The notes under the pieces are model-generated. The model was given only the letters and a program-made list of their open reading frames with translations, was not told where the DNA came from and made no database searches. From an uncultured Acidobacteriota bacterium (GTDB taxonomy: Bacteria; Acidobacteriota; Vicinamibacteria; Fen-336), in NCBI GenBank assembly GCA_963724555.1, contig CAVRVE010000002.1, positions 77,005 through 141,004 on the forward strand: a stretch of DNA of 64,000 nucleotides, in the 5' to 3' direction. This document shows positions 20,154 through 29,731 of the stretch, one piece after another. Made by a program: the position numbers and the translations under genes. The first letter of the stretch is position 1. Each line of letters opens with the position of its first letter.

Positions 20154-22796
20154 GTGATCGGGGAGACGGTCTCGCACTACCGGATCCTGTCCAGGCTGGG
20201 TGGCGGTGGGATGGGAGTGGTGTACGAGGCGGAAGACCTGAACCTCGGCCGCAAGGTGGCTCTCAAGTTCCTGCCCGAGCCGCTCGCGAGCGGGGATGCC
20301 CTGGAGCGATTCCGTCGCGAGGCGCGCGCGGCCTCGGCGCTCAATCATCCCCACATCTGCGTGGTGTACGACCTCGGCGAGCACGAGGGGAAGCCGTTCA
20401 TCGCGATGGAGCGGATGCAGGGCCAGACGCTCAAGCATTTGATGTCGGGCCGGGCGTTGCCCGTCGAGCGGGTGCTGGAGCTGGGCTCGCAGCTGGCGGA
20501 CGCGCTGGAGGCGGCCCACGCGGCGGGGATCCTGCACCGGGACTTGAAGCCCGCGAACGTGTTCGTGACGGAGCGCGGGGAGGCGAAGCTCCTCGACTTC
20601 GGCCTGGCGAAGGTGCTGGGGGGGGTGGCGGAGGGCTCGGAGGTCGAGACGGCGGCGCACCTGACGCAAGCGGGGTCGACGCTGGGGACGGTGGCGTACA
20701 TGTCGCCGGAGCAGGCGCGGGGAGAGGCGCTCGACGCGCGGACCGATCTCTTCTCGCTGGGCGTCGTGCTCTACGAGATGGCCACGGGCCGACTCCCGTT
20801 CGAAGGGAAATCGTCGGCGGAGATCTTCAAGGGTGTGCTGGCCGACACCCCGCCTTCTCCGACGAGCCTCAACCCGGAGGTCCCGACGAGGCTCGAGGAG
20901 GTGATCCGCAAGGCGCTCGAGAAGGACCGCGGCCTGCGCTATCAGCATGCGTCGGAGCTGCGGGCGGACCTGAGGCGGCTGCTTCGGGACACGGCCTCGG
21001 GTGACACGCCTCTCGCCAGGAGCGGGCCGGCGCCCAGAGCCTTGCCGGCGCGACTTGGGCTCGTTGCTGGCGTCGCCGTGGCGGCGCTGGCTCTCGTTCT
21101 GGGCGGAGTGTGGCTCGCACGGCGGGGAAGGGACGCGGCGCCCACGCGCCCTACGGACCCCAAGCGGATGGCCGTGCTTCCCTTCGAGAACCTGGGCGCG
21201 GCAGAGGATGGGTACTTCGCGGACGGGATGACCGACGAGGTGCGGAGCAAGCTCGCGGGGCTGCCCGGCCTCGCGGTCATCGCGAGCGGCAGCGCGAGCC
21301 AGTACAAGGCCACGACCAAGCCGCCCGAGCAGATCGCCCGGGAGCTGGGGGTCGGCTATCTGCTGCTCGCCAAGGTGCGCTGGCAGAAGTCCGGAACGGC
21401 GAGCCGGATCCGCCTGACGTCCGAGCTGGTGGAGGTTGCAGGCGGAGGCGCGCCGACGACGCGGTGGCAGGAGGCGTTCGAAGCCGACCTCTCGGACGTG
21501 TTCCGGGTGCAAGGCGAGATCGCCACCAGAGTCGCTCAGTCGCTGCAAGTGGCGCTGTCCGGGAAGGAGCGCGAGCTGCTCACGGCTCGTCCCACGGAGA
21601 ACCTCGCGGCGTACGATGCCTACCTCAAGGGAATGGAGATCGAGAAGGGGAGCCTGCGCGCGCCAGGTGCGGTGGCGCCCTACGAGCAGGCGGTGGCGCT
21701 CGATCCCGGGTTTGCCCTGGCCTGGGCCAAGCTCTCCATCAGGCGTTCCTGGAACTATTCGTCGCCGGCGGAGGCGGAGGCAGCGCGGATGGCGGCGGAG
21801 CGGGCCTTGGAGCTGGCCCCGAGCCTGCCCGAGGCGCACCGTGCCCTCGGGGCCTACTACAACCACGTCAGGAAGGACCCCGAAAGGGCCATCGAGGCGC
21901 TCGCGCGCGGGCTGCGTCTCGCCCCCGACGACGCGAACCTTCTCCTGTCTCTGGCTGCCAACGAACGACCGCTTGGCCGGTGGGACGACGCGCTCGCGCA
22001 CCTGCGTCGGGCGCGGGAGCAGGACCCTCGCTCGTGGGCGGTCGCGAATGTGCTCGGAGCCACTCTGCTCCGGCTGCGACGCACGGGCGAGGCGCGCGAG
22101 GCGATCGACCGCGGCCTGACTCTCGCCCCGGCACACCTCAACCTGATTCATCTGAAGGCGATGAGCTTTCTCCAGGAGGGGGATCTCGCGGGGGCACGGG
22201 CGGTGTTGGCCGCGGTACCGAAAGAGGTGGAGCCGACGGCCCTCGTGGTCGATCTCGCCACTGGCAACGTGGTCGATCTCGCCAGTGGCAACGGCCTCTA
22301 CTGGGTGCTCGACGACGCGCAGCGCGAGATGTTGCTGCGCCTGACGCCGGGGGCGTTTGGCGGCGACCGCGGGACCTGGGGGCTCACCCTCGCACAGGCG
22401 TGGACGCTGCGTGGGGACCGGGCAAAGGCCCGCGAGTACGCCGAGGAGGCGAGGAAGGCGTTCACGGCGCCGGTGCGGGAGCCCCGGGGCGGGGAGCCCA
22501 ATGTCTACCTGGGCCTGGCGCTCGCCCACCTGGGCCGCAAGGCCGAGGCGACCCACGAGGCCGAGGGGATCATGGCGCTCGGACCGATCGAGAGGAATCG
22601 TTTCCAGGGCCCGGACAACCAGCACGACGTGGTGCGGATCCACATCCTGCTCGGGAACCACGAGCGAGCGCTGGACCTGCTGGAGCCGTTGCTGAAGGTT
22701 CCCTACTACCTCACGCCCGCGTGGCTTCGCATCGACCCCAACTTCGACGCGCTGCGCGGCAATCCCCGCTTCGAGACGCTCGCGCACGGGACGTAG
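20154..22796 (+). CDS. Hanks-type Ser/Thr kinase with TM, TolB-like domain and TPRs
   Basis: [29 protein letters not shown]; MAVLPFENL...YFADGMTDE; TPR repeats. Confidence 0.93.
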   Translation: MIGETVSHYRILSRLGGGGMGVVYEAEDLNLGRKVALKFLPEPLASGDALERFRREARAASALNHPHICVVYDLGEHEGKPFIAMERMQGQTLKHLMSGRALPVERVLELGSQLADALEAAHAAGILHRDLKPANVFVTERGEAKLLDFGLAKVLGGVAEGSEVETAAHLTQAGSTLGTVAYMSPEQARGEALDARTDLFSLGVVLYEMATGRLPFEGKSSAEIFKGVLADTPPSPTSLNPEVPTRLEEVIRKALEKDRGLRYQHASELRADLRRLLRDTASGDTPLARSGPAPRALPARLGLVAGVAVAALALVLGGVWLARRGRDAAPTRPTDPKRMAVLPFENLGAAEDGYFADGMTDEVRSKLAGLPGLAVIASGSASQYKATTKPPEQIARELGVGYLLLAKVRWQKSGTASRIRLTSELVEVAGGGAPTTRWQEAFEADLSDVFRVQGEIATRVAQSLQVALSGKERELLTARPTENLAAYDAYLKGMEIEKGSLRAPGAVAPYEQAVALDPGFALAWAKLSIRRSWNYSSPAEAEAARMAAERALELAPSLPEAHRALGAYYNHVRKDPERAIEALARGLRLAPDDANLLLSLAANERPLGRWDDALAHLRRAREQDPRSWAVANVLGATLLRLRRTGEAREAIDRGLTLAPAHLNLIHLKAMSFLQEGDLAGARAVLAAVPKEVEPTALVVDLATGNVVDLASGNGLYWVLDDAQREMLLRLTPGAFGGDRGTWGLTLAQAWTLRGDRAKAREYAEEARKAFTAPVREPRGGEPNVYLGLALAHLGRKAEATHEAEGIMALGPIERNRFQGPDNQHDVVRIHILLGNHERALDLLEPLLKVPYYLTPAWLRIDPNFDALRGNPRFETLAHGT
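22245..22292 (+). repeat. In-frame 24-bp tandem duplication ([16 protein letters not shown])
   Basis: GTGGTCGATCTCGCCA(C/G)TGGCAAC twice, one mismatch. Confidence 0.9.
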
Positions 22797-22843
22797 TCGC
22801 CTCGAGCCCGGTCGGCAGTAGACTGGATCTCGGAGGCTCTCCC

Positions 22844-23834
22844 TTGCCGCGCGACCGCTTCGGACGGCAGATCAACTACCTGCGGTTGTCGCTGATCGAC
22901 CACTGCAACCTGCGGTGCGTCTACTGCATGCCGCTGCGCGGGCTGAGCTTCGTCCCGCAGCCCGAGCTCTTGACCGCCGGGGAGATCGAGACGGTCGTGC
23001 GGGCCGCGGTCGCGGTCGGGTTTCACAAGTTCCGGCTCACCGGGGGAGAGCCGACGCTGCGGCCGGAGATCGTCGAGATCACCGAGCGGATCGCCGCGGT
23101 CCCCGGCGTCGAGGACCTGGCGATGACCACCAACGGGATCCTGCTGCCGCGGCTCGCGAAGCCGCTGCAAGGACGCGGGCCTGCGCCGGCTCAACATCCA
23201 CGTGGACACGCTCCACCCCGAGCGGCTCAAGAAGCTGATGCGCTTCGCCACGCTCGAGGAGATGGAGGCCGGCATCGCGGCGGCGGAGGAGGCCGGGCTC
23301 GTCCCGATCAAGCTCAACTGCACCGTGACGCGCGACTACAACGACATGGACGTCGCGGAGCTGGCGCGGCGCGCGAAGGACCGGGACTGGCACGTGCGCT
23401 TCATCGAGCTGATGCCGCTCGGGGGCGGCGAGACCGCGCACGTGGCGCTGTCGCAGTTCGTGCCCACGGCCGAGACCCGGCGGCGGATCGAGGCCGAGCT
23501 CGGGCCGCTCGAGGAGCTGCCGCCCGCGAGCGCCGCCGACGAGTCGCGCAACTTCCGCTTCGCCGGCGCCAGGGGCGTCGTGGGCTTCATCTCGCCCGTG
23601 AGCGAGCCGTACTGCGGCTCGTGCAACCGGATGCGGCTGACCGCGGACGGGAAGTTCCACCTGTGCCTGCTGAACGACGACGAGCTCGACGTCAAGCAGG
23701 CGCTGCGCACGGGAGGCGGGCAGGCCGCCGTCCAGGAGATCCTGCTCAAGGCCGTCGGCCTGAAGCCGACCGGCCACCGCCTCGACGAGGGCGTCTCGCC
23801 GCGGGCGCGCTCGATGTTCCAGATCGGCGGCTGA
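22844..23834 (+). CDS. moaA: GTP 3',8-cyclase (radical SAM); frameshift near 23170
   Basis: DRFGRQINYLRLSL, CNLRCVYCMP, LTGGEP, RFIELMP, CGSCNRMRLTADG, C-terminal QIGG; GGAGG before TTG 22844. Confidence 0.92.
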
Positions 23835-23844
23835 GCGACCCGCG

Positions 23845-25608
23845 ATGAGCGGCCACGACAGGACGCTCGCGGCCGGGCTGGCGCTGCCCCAGGCGCTGCG
23901 CTTGCTGCAGAGCGTGCCGCACGGGCTCGTCGTGCTGGACCAGGCCGGCCTCGTCGCGTTCGTGAACGAAGCCGGCGCGCGGCTCCTGGCGTGGCCGGCC
24001 GACGTCGATCTCGTCGGGCGCTCGTGGCGCGAGAGCTTCGACTCCGCCGAGGCCGAGCGGCTCGGGCGCGACGCCGTCGCGCGGGCTCGCGCCGGGGAGA
24101 CCTGGACGGGCGACGTGACCGTGCTCCGCCACGACGGCGTCCACGTGCTGCTCGAGGCGCGCATGGCACCGCTCGGCGACGGCCACCTGGCGCTGGCGCT
24201 GCGCGACGTGTCCGAGACGCGCGCGCTCCAGGAGCGCCTCGACGCCCTCGCCCACCGGGACCCGCTCACCGGGCTGCCGAACCGACGGCTCTTCGAGGAC
24301 CGCCTCGAGATCGCGCTCGCGCAGGCCCATCGCTACCGCCAGCGCGTGGGGCTCATCTTCATCGACCTCGATCGCTTCAAGCAGGTCAACGACGGCTTCG
24401 GCCACGCCGCGGGCGACGAGCTGCTGCGCGGCGTCGCGGAGAGGCTCGGCCAGTGCGTGCGCGAAGGGGACACCGTCGCGCGGCTGGGCGGCGACGAGTT
24501 CACGCTGCTGCTGCCGGGCATCCACTACGCCGAGGACCTCGCGGCCATCTCGCGCAAGCTGGTCGAGGCGCTGCGCGAGCCCTACCGGATCGGCGGCCGC
24601 GACGTGCGCGTCACCGCGAGCGGCGGGATCAGCCTCTACCCCGAGGACGGCGAGGAGAGCGAGGCGCTGCTGCGGTGCGCCGACACCGCGATGTACCGCG
24701 CCAAGGAGCGCGGCCGCGACAACTTCCAGCTGTTCTCGCCGTCGATGGCGGAGAGAGCGCTCGAGCGGCGCTCGCTCGAGGAGGAGCTGCGGGCGGCGCT
24801 CGCCAGGCAGGAGATGACGCTCGACTACCAGCCGTGCCTCGAGCTCGCGACCGGGCGCGTGGTGGGGGTCGAGGCGCTCCTGCGCTGGCAGCGGCCGAGC
24901 CTCGGCGTGATGCCGCCGCGGGACTTCATGGCGCTCGCCGACTTCACCGGCGTGATGCTCTCGCTCGGGCCCTGGGTGCTGGAGACCGCGTGCCGGCAGG
25001 CGCGCGAGTGGCAGCGGCGCGGCTCGCGCGACCTGCGGCTCATGGTCAATCTCTCCGCGCACGAGCTGCAGCAGGACGGCTTCGTGGTGCACGTCGAGAA
25101 GGCGCTCGCCGCGAGCGGGCTTCCCCCCGACTCGCTGCACCTCGAGATCCCCGAGGGCTACGCGATGCAGGACCTCGCGCGCACGATCGAGACGCTGCGC
25201 GAGCTGCGCTCGCTGGGCGTGCACCTCGCGATCGACGGCTTCGGCGCCGGCTTCACGTCGCTCGCGCACCTGCGGCAGCTCCCGGTCGACGCGCTCAAGA
25301 TCGACCTCTCGTTCGTGCGCGGAGCCACCACCGACGCCGACGACGCCTCGGTGGTGACGGCCGTGATCGCGGTGGCGCACAGCCTGGGGCTGCGCGTGAT
25401 CGCGCAGGGCGTCGAGAGCGAGGCGCAGGTGGTGCTGCTGCGCTCGCTCGGCTGCGACGAGGTACAGGGCTTCCTGTGGAGCCCGCCGGTGCCGCCCGCG
25501 CAGTGCGAGCGGCTGCTGGTTCAGGGCGTGCTTCCCGCCGCCGTACCGTCGCGCCGCGCCGCGCCGGCGCGCCGCGGCCGCGGGGGGAAGAGCCGCGCCA
25601 GGCGCTGA
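23845..25608 (+). CDS. PAS-GGDEF-EAL protein with apparently degenerate EAL domain
   Basis: DPLTGLPNR, REGD I-site, RLGGDEF; EAL motif present but IDGFGAG and AQGVE variants. Confidence 0.9.
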   Translation: MSGHDRTLAAGLALPQALRLLQSVPHGLVVLDQAGLVAFVNEAGARLLAWPADVDLVGRSWRESFDSAEAERLGRDAVARARAGETWTGDVTVLRHDGVHVLLEARMAPLGDGHLALALRDVSETRALQERLDALAHRDPLTGLPNRRLFEDRLEIALAQAHRYRQRVGLIFIDLDRFKQVNDGFGHAAGDELLRGVAERLGQCVREGDTVARLGGDEFTLLLPGIHYAEDLAAISRKLVEALREPYRIGGRDVRVTASGGISLYPEDGEESEALLRCADTAMYRAKERGRDNFQLFSPSMAERALERRSLEEELRAALARQEMTLDYQPCLELATGRVVGVEALLRWQRPSLGVMPPRDFMALADFTGVMLSLGPWVLETACRQAREWQRRGSRDLRLMVNLSAHELQQDGFVVHVEKALAASGLPPDSLHLEIPEGYAMQDLARTIETLRELRSLGVHLAIDGFGAGFTSLAHLRQLPVDALKIDLSFVRGATTDADDASVVTAVIAVAHSLGLRVIAQGVESEAQVVLLRSLGCDEVQGFLWSPPVPPAQCERLLVQGVLPAAVPSRRAAPARRGRGGKSRARR

Positions 25609-25617
25609 TCGGCCCGC

Positions 25618-26043
25618 TCAGGGCTGCGCGGGCGCCCCCTCGTCGAGCCAGGCCGAGCCGTCGGCGTAGAGCTCCTTCTTCCAGATCGGCACCTGGGCCT
25701 TGAGGGTGTCGATCGCGAAGCGGCACGCGCCGAACGCCTCGTCCCGGTGCGGGGAGGCGACCGCCACGGCCACGCTCGGCTCGCCGATCTCGAGCCGGCC
25801 GAGCCGGTGCACGAGCCGCACCAGCGTGACCGGGAAGCGCCGCTTCGTCTCGGCGGCGATCTGCTGCATCAGCGGGAGCGCCATCTCCTCGTAGGCCTCG
25901 TACTCGAGGCGCACGACGGCCCGTCCGCGGTTCTCGTTGCGCACGACGCCCACGAACAGGCAGAGCGCGCCGTCCGAAGGCGTCGTCGCCTGCAGCGAGA
26001 CGAGGTCGATCGGCTCGCGGACCAGACGCACGAGGTCGGCCAT
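25618..26043 (-). CDS. moaE: Molybdopterin synthase catalytic subunit
   Basis: FVGVVRN, LEYEAY, HRLGRL, SPHRDEAF, LKAQVPIWKKE. Confidence 0.93.
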   Translation of the reverse strand: MADLVRLVREPIDLVSLQATTPSDGALCLFVGVVRNENRGRAVVRLEYEAYEEMALPLMQQIAAETKRRFPVTLVRLVHRLGRLEIGEPSVAVAVASPHRDEAFGACRFAIDTLKAQVPIWKKELYADGSAWLDEGAPAQP

Positions 26044-26103
26044 ATGCGGCACGCTAGCATCCGCGTGCGCGCTGCATCAAGCTGTGATACCAGAGGTGCC
26101 GGA

Positions 26104-27009
26104 ATGCCGAGCCAACAGGGAGCCATCCGCCTCTTCCGCCTCGCCGGGATCGACGTCTTCCTGCACTGGTCCTGGTTCGTGGTCGCGCTCTTCGAGCTGC
26201 AGATGCGGAGAAGCGAGTACGCCTCGCCGCTCTTCAACGTGCTCGAGTACCTGGCGCTCTTCGGGATCGTGACGCTGCACGAGTTCGGCCACTCGCTCGC
26301 GTGCCGCCAGGTGGGCGGCACCGCCGAGCGCATCGTGCTCTGGCCGCTCGGGGGAGTCGCGTACGTCGTCCCTCCGCAGCGGCCCGGCGCGACGCTCTGG
26401 AGCCTGGCGGCCGGCCCGCTCGTGAACGTCGTGCTCGTTCCCGTCCTGCTCGGAGTCGTCTGGTTCGGCAGGAGCCTGGGCTGGCCGGAGTCGCACCCCG
26501 ACGTCTTCTCGCTCTTTCGCGCGCTCTTCTTCATGAACGCGGGGATCCTCGTCTTCAACCTGCTGCCCGTGTACCCGCTCGACGGCGGCCAGATCCTGCG
26601 CTCGCTGCTGTGGTTCGGTGTGGGCCGGGCGCGCAGCCTGATGGCCGCGACGCTCTTCGGCTTCGTGGGCGTCGCCGCCCTCGGAGCGCTCGCTCTCTGG
26701 GAGCAGTCCGTCTGGTTCGGCATCATGGCGGCCTTCGTGGCGCTCAACTGCTGGAGCGGCTTTCAGCAGGCTCGGCTGCTGTCGAAGCTCGCGAAGGTCG
26801 AGCGGCGCCACGGGTTCGCCTGCCCCTCGTGCGGCTCCGAGCCGCCGCTCGGCGACGTGTGGGGCTGCGGGCAGTGCGGGCAGGGCTTCGACGTCTTCGA
26901 GTTCGACGCGCGCTGTCCCGCCTGCGGCGCGTCGTTCGGCGGCGCCCGCTGCATCGACTGCAACCGGCTGTACCCGCTCGCCGAGTGGGCGAGGCCGCCG
27001 GGCCGCTGA
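26104..27009 (+). CDS. M50 site-2 intramembrane protease with C-terminal zinc ribbons
   Basis: LHEFGH, AGPLVN, FNLLPVYPLDGG; four C-terminal CxxC pairs. Confidence 0.88.
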   Translation: MPSQQGAIRLFRLAGIDVFLHWSWFVVALFELQMRRSEYASPLFNVLEYLALFGIVTLHEFGHSLACRQVGGTAERIVLWPLGGVAYVVPPQRPGATLWSLAAGPLVNVVLVPVLLGVVWFGRSLGWPESHPDVFSLFRALFFMNAGILVFNLLPVYPLDGGQILRSLLWFGVGRARSLMAATLFGFVGVAALGALALWEQSVWFGIMAAFVALNCWSGFQQARLLSKLAKVERRHGFACPSCGSEPPLGDVWGCGQCGQGFDVFEFDARCPACGASFGGARCIDCNRLYPLAEWARPPGR

Positions 27010-27017
27010 GCCGCCGC

Positions 27018-28078
27018 TCAGCGGCTCGCGCGCTGCGGTGCTCGGCTCGTCGCCCAGGACGCTTCGAGACGCACGATCGCTTCCTGCACCGCGTCGAACT
27101 CCTCGAAGGGCCCGTCCATCTCGAGCTGCGGATCGCGCTCGCGCGCGTGGTGGCTCGCGAGCGCGAGAGCCGCAGCGGCCTGGCCATCGGAGGCCGCGCC
27201 CTGTGCCTTGAAGTGCGGCGAGCAGGCGTGCGCGGCGCAGGTGGCACTCCGCGAGGAAGCCGTGGCTGACGCGGCCCGAGGCGACGAGGCGCGCGACGAG
27301 CCGCTGCCAGGTCTGAAGCGCCTCCTCGCGCCGCTCGAGGCCCTCGAGGATCCGGGCGCGGTGGTAGAGGCAGACGGGGTTCTCGGGGAACCGCTCGTAG
27401 AGCCAGTCGTTCACCGCGAGCGCCCGCTCGAGCTGGCCCTCGCCCTGAAGCACGGCCGACAGGCTGTAGGCCGCCTCGACTGTCAGGTAGCGGCCCTCGC
27501 GCCACACGAGCTTCCATCCGTGCGATCGCTCCGGCGCGCCGTCCGCCGAAGAAGAACCCGAGCGTGCGGCTCTTCCAATAGTCGTGGAGCGCTGCCGGCA
27601 GCTGCGGATCGACGAAGCTCGCGTCGAGCCGAGACGCGCGCTCCATGTCTCCCAGGCAGCGCAGGCCGTGCTTGAGCGCGGCGAGCCAGCGCCCGCAGCG
27701 CGAGTCGTGGATGGCGACGTAGCCCTGCGCCGTGCCTCTCGCGAAGAACGCCTCGGCGCTCGGACGCGACCGCACCTCGACGTCGGCGAGCCGGCGCGAC
27801 TCCTGAAGCGCCGCCTGGAACTCGGCCTCGTGGTCTCGAACCCGGTAGTCGCGCATCATCGTCTGGTACACGTTCGCCTCGGCGAGCCGGCCGGCCGCGT
27901 CGGCGGGGAAGCGCTCGCGCAGCTCGGCCGCCGCGCGGAGAGCGGCATCGAAGCGCTCGTGGTGCAGCTCGTCGAGCGAGCGCCGGACGAGGGCTGTGCG
28001 CGACGCTTCCTCGCCGTCGGCCGCGACGGCGGGCGGCGCCCCGAGCACGGCGAGCAGAGCGACGAGCGCGAGGCTCAT
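27018..28078 (-). CDS. Secreted TPR-like protein; at least 2 frameshifts, 3' end approximate
   Basis: Signal peptide MSLALVALLAVLGAPPAVAA; helical repeats continue in the 26077..27507 frame. Confidence 0.6.
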
Positions 28079-29172
28079 GGCTCCTCCGGCGCCCGCGCGC
28101 CGAGGCTCGCGAGCAGGGCCAGCCCGGCGAGCCGCGCTTCCAGGCCGCGCGCGTCGCGCGCCTGCGGCGCGCGCGGCCAGGGCCTGGAGCACGCGAGGTC
28201 GGGCTCCACGACGCGTCTCTCGAACTCCGCCACGATCCCCGGCTCGCGGACGACGGCCAGGTACTCCTGCTGCGAGCGGTAGCTCCAGACGTCGAAGTTG
28301 GCCGAGCCGACGACGAGCGCCCGCCGGTCGACGAGCAGGGCCTTCATGTGGGTCATGCGTCCGGGATAGAGGCGCAGCTCGAGCGGCGAGCGCGCGGCCG
28401 CGTGAGCGAGCCCCTCGCGCAGCAGCGGGAAGTTGTGGCGCTCCGGCGTCAGCACGCGCACGCGCACGCCGCGGCGCGCCGCGCGCTCGAGCTCGCGCGA
28501 GAAGGGATCGGTGACGTACGGGCACTCGAGGAAGACCTCGTCGCGCGCGTGCGCCACGAGGTCCAGGATCTCGTCGAAGGCGGCTTCGTTGCTGCGCCCG
28601 TCGAGGGCACGGAGCGTGAGCCCGTCGAGCACGACACGGCCGGCGCGCGGGCGGCCCTCCCAGCTCGCGAGGAAGTCCTCCTCGAGGAACGCGGCGATCC
28701 GCGGCTCTTCGACCCGCAGCATCAGGTCGTGCCAGCCGAAGTTGTGGTCGCTGAAGTTGATCCCGCCGAAATAGGCGACGCGCCCGTCGATCGCGACCAG
28801 CTTCTTGTGGTTGCGGGCGGGGAAGCGGCGGAAGCAGAACCCCGCCGGGTTGTGGAAGCGGACGCGGGCGCCGCCCCGCTCGAGCCCGCCGACCATCCGT
28901 CGCGTGGCGGACCACTCGCGCCAGAGCGAAGGCGACACGAGGTTGTGCGGCCACCAGCGGAAGCGGTCGCTCAGCACGTGCTGCGTGAAGGCGTCCACCA
29001 GCACGCGGCGATCCGCGGCCGGACAGCCGCGGATCATCGCCGCGACGGCCTGGCCCGCGGCGTCGCCCTCGAACGTCATCGCCTGGACGAACGCCGTGCG
29101 TTTCGCCGCGGCGAGATCGCGGGCCACCGCCTCCATGAACTCCGGTGCGTCGATGAGGAGCCGCAGGCTCAT
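28075..29172 (-). CDS. Phospholipase D / cardiolipin synthase-like protein
   Basis: Two HKD motifs: NHKKLVAID...GGIN and THMKALLVD...GSANFD. Confidence 0.88.
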   Translation of the reverse strand: MSLRLLIDAPEFMEAVARDLAAAKRTAFVQAMTFEGDAAGQAVAAMIRGCPAADRRVLVDAFTQHVLSDRFRWWPHNLVSPSLWREWSATRRMVGGLERGGARVRFHNPAGFCFRRFPARNHKKLVAIDGRVAYFGGINFSDHNFGWHDLMLRVEEPRIAAFLEEDFLASWEGRPRAGRVVLDGLTLRALDGRSNEAAFDEILDLVAHARDEVFLECPYVTDPFSRELERAARRGVRVRVLTPERHNFPLLREGLAHAAARSPLELRLYPGRMTHMKALLVDRRALVVGSANFDVWSYRSQQEYLAVVREPGIVAEFERRVVEPDLACSRPWPRAPQARDARGLEARLAGLALLASLGARAPEEP

Positions 29173-29634
29173 CGTGCCGCTCCCAGGAGGCCCGGCAGGG
29201 CGACGATCGCCGCGAAGCGGAGCAGGCGCCCGCTCCCGCCGACGAGCAGGAAACGCGCGAGCGAGTAGCGCAGCGAGCCGGCCGCGATGCTGACGAGGTA
29301 GAAGGGCGGGATGCCGATCGAAGGCGCTCGAGAAGAGCACGGCCGAGGCCCCGGCCCGCATCGTCGCGAGCCGCCGCTCGAGCCCGGCGAGCCGCTCGCT
29401 GCGAGCGGAAACGAAGCGGCTGCCCAGGGCCCCTGTGCCCGCGAGGTAGAGCAGAGCCTTGGCGAGCATCTGGCCGAGCGTCACGAAGACGACCGCGGGC
29501 GCCGCGATCCCGTGCGGGGCGAGGGCAACGATCATCAGCAGGTAGGCCTCGGTGTTGACGACGGGGACGAGGCCGCTCACGAGACCGACGGCGAAGCTGC
29601 CGCCGCAGTAGCCGACCAGCCGTGTGGGCTCCAT
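29169..29634 (-). CDS. VTT/DedA-family membrane protein; frameshift near 29320
   Basis: SGLVPVVNTE...GQMLAK...GIPPFYLVSIAAG...GRLLRF; stop overlaps the PLD start. Confidence 0.7.
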
Positions 29635-29731
29635 CACCCCCTCCACAGGTGAATGAAGCAACCGGCCCTCGGCGTTACAGGGGCCGGGACCTCTCGCGGG
29701 CGAGGCGGCTGAGGGTCAGGCCGGAGCGTCG

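Noticed and set aside
28075-29661. Apparent VTT-PLD fusion (528 aa)
   Set aside because: The VTT C-terminus continues in another frame and stops at 29169, overlapping the PLD ATG
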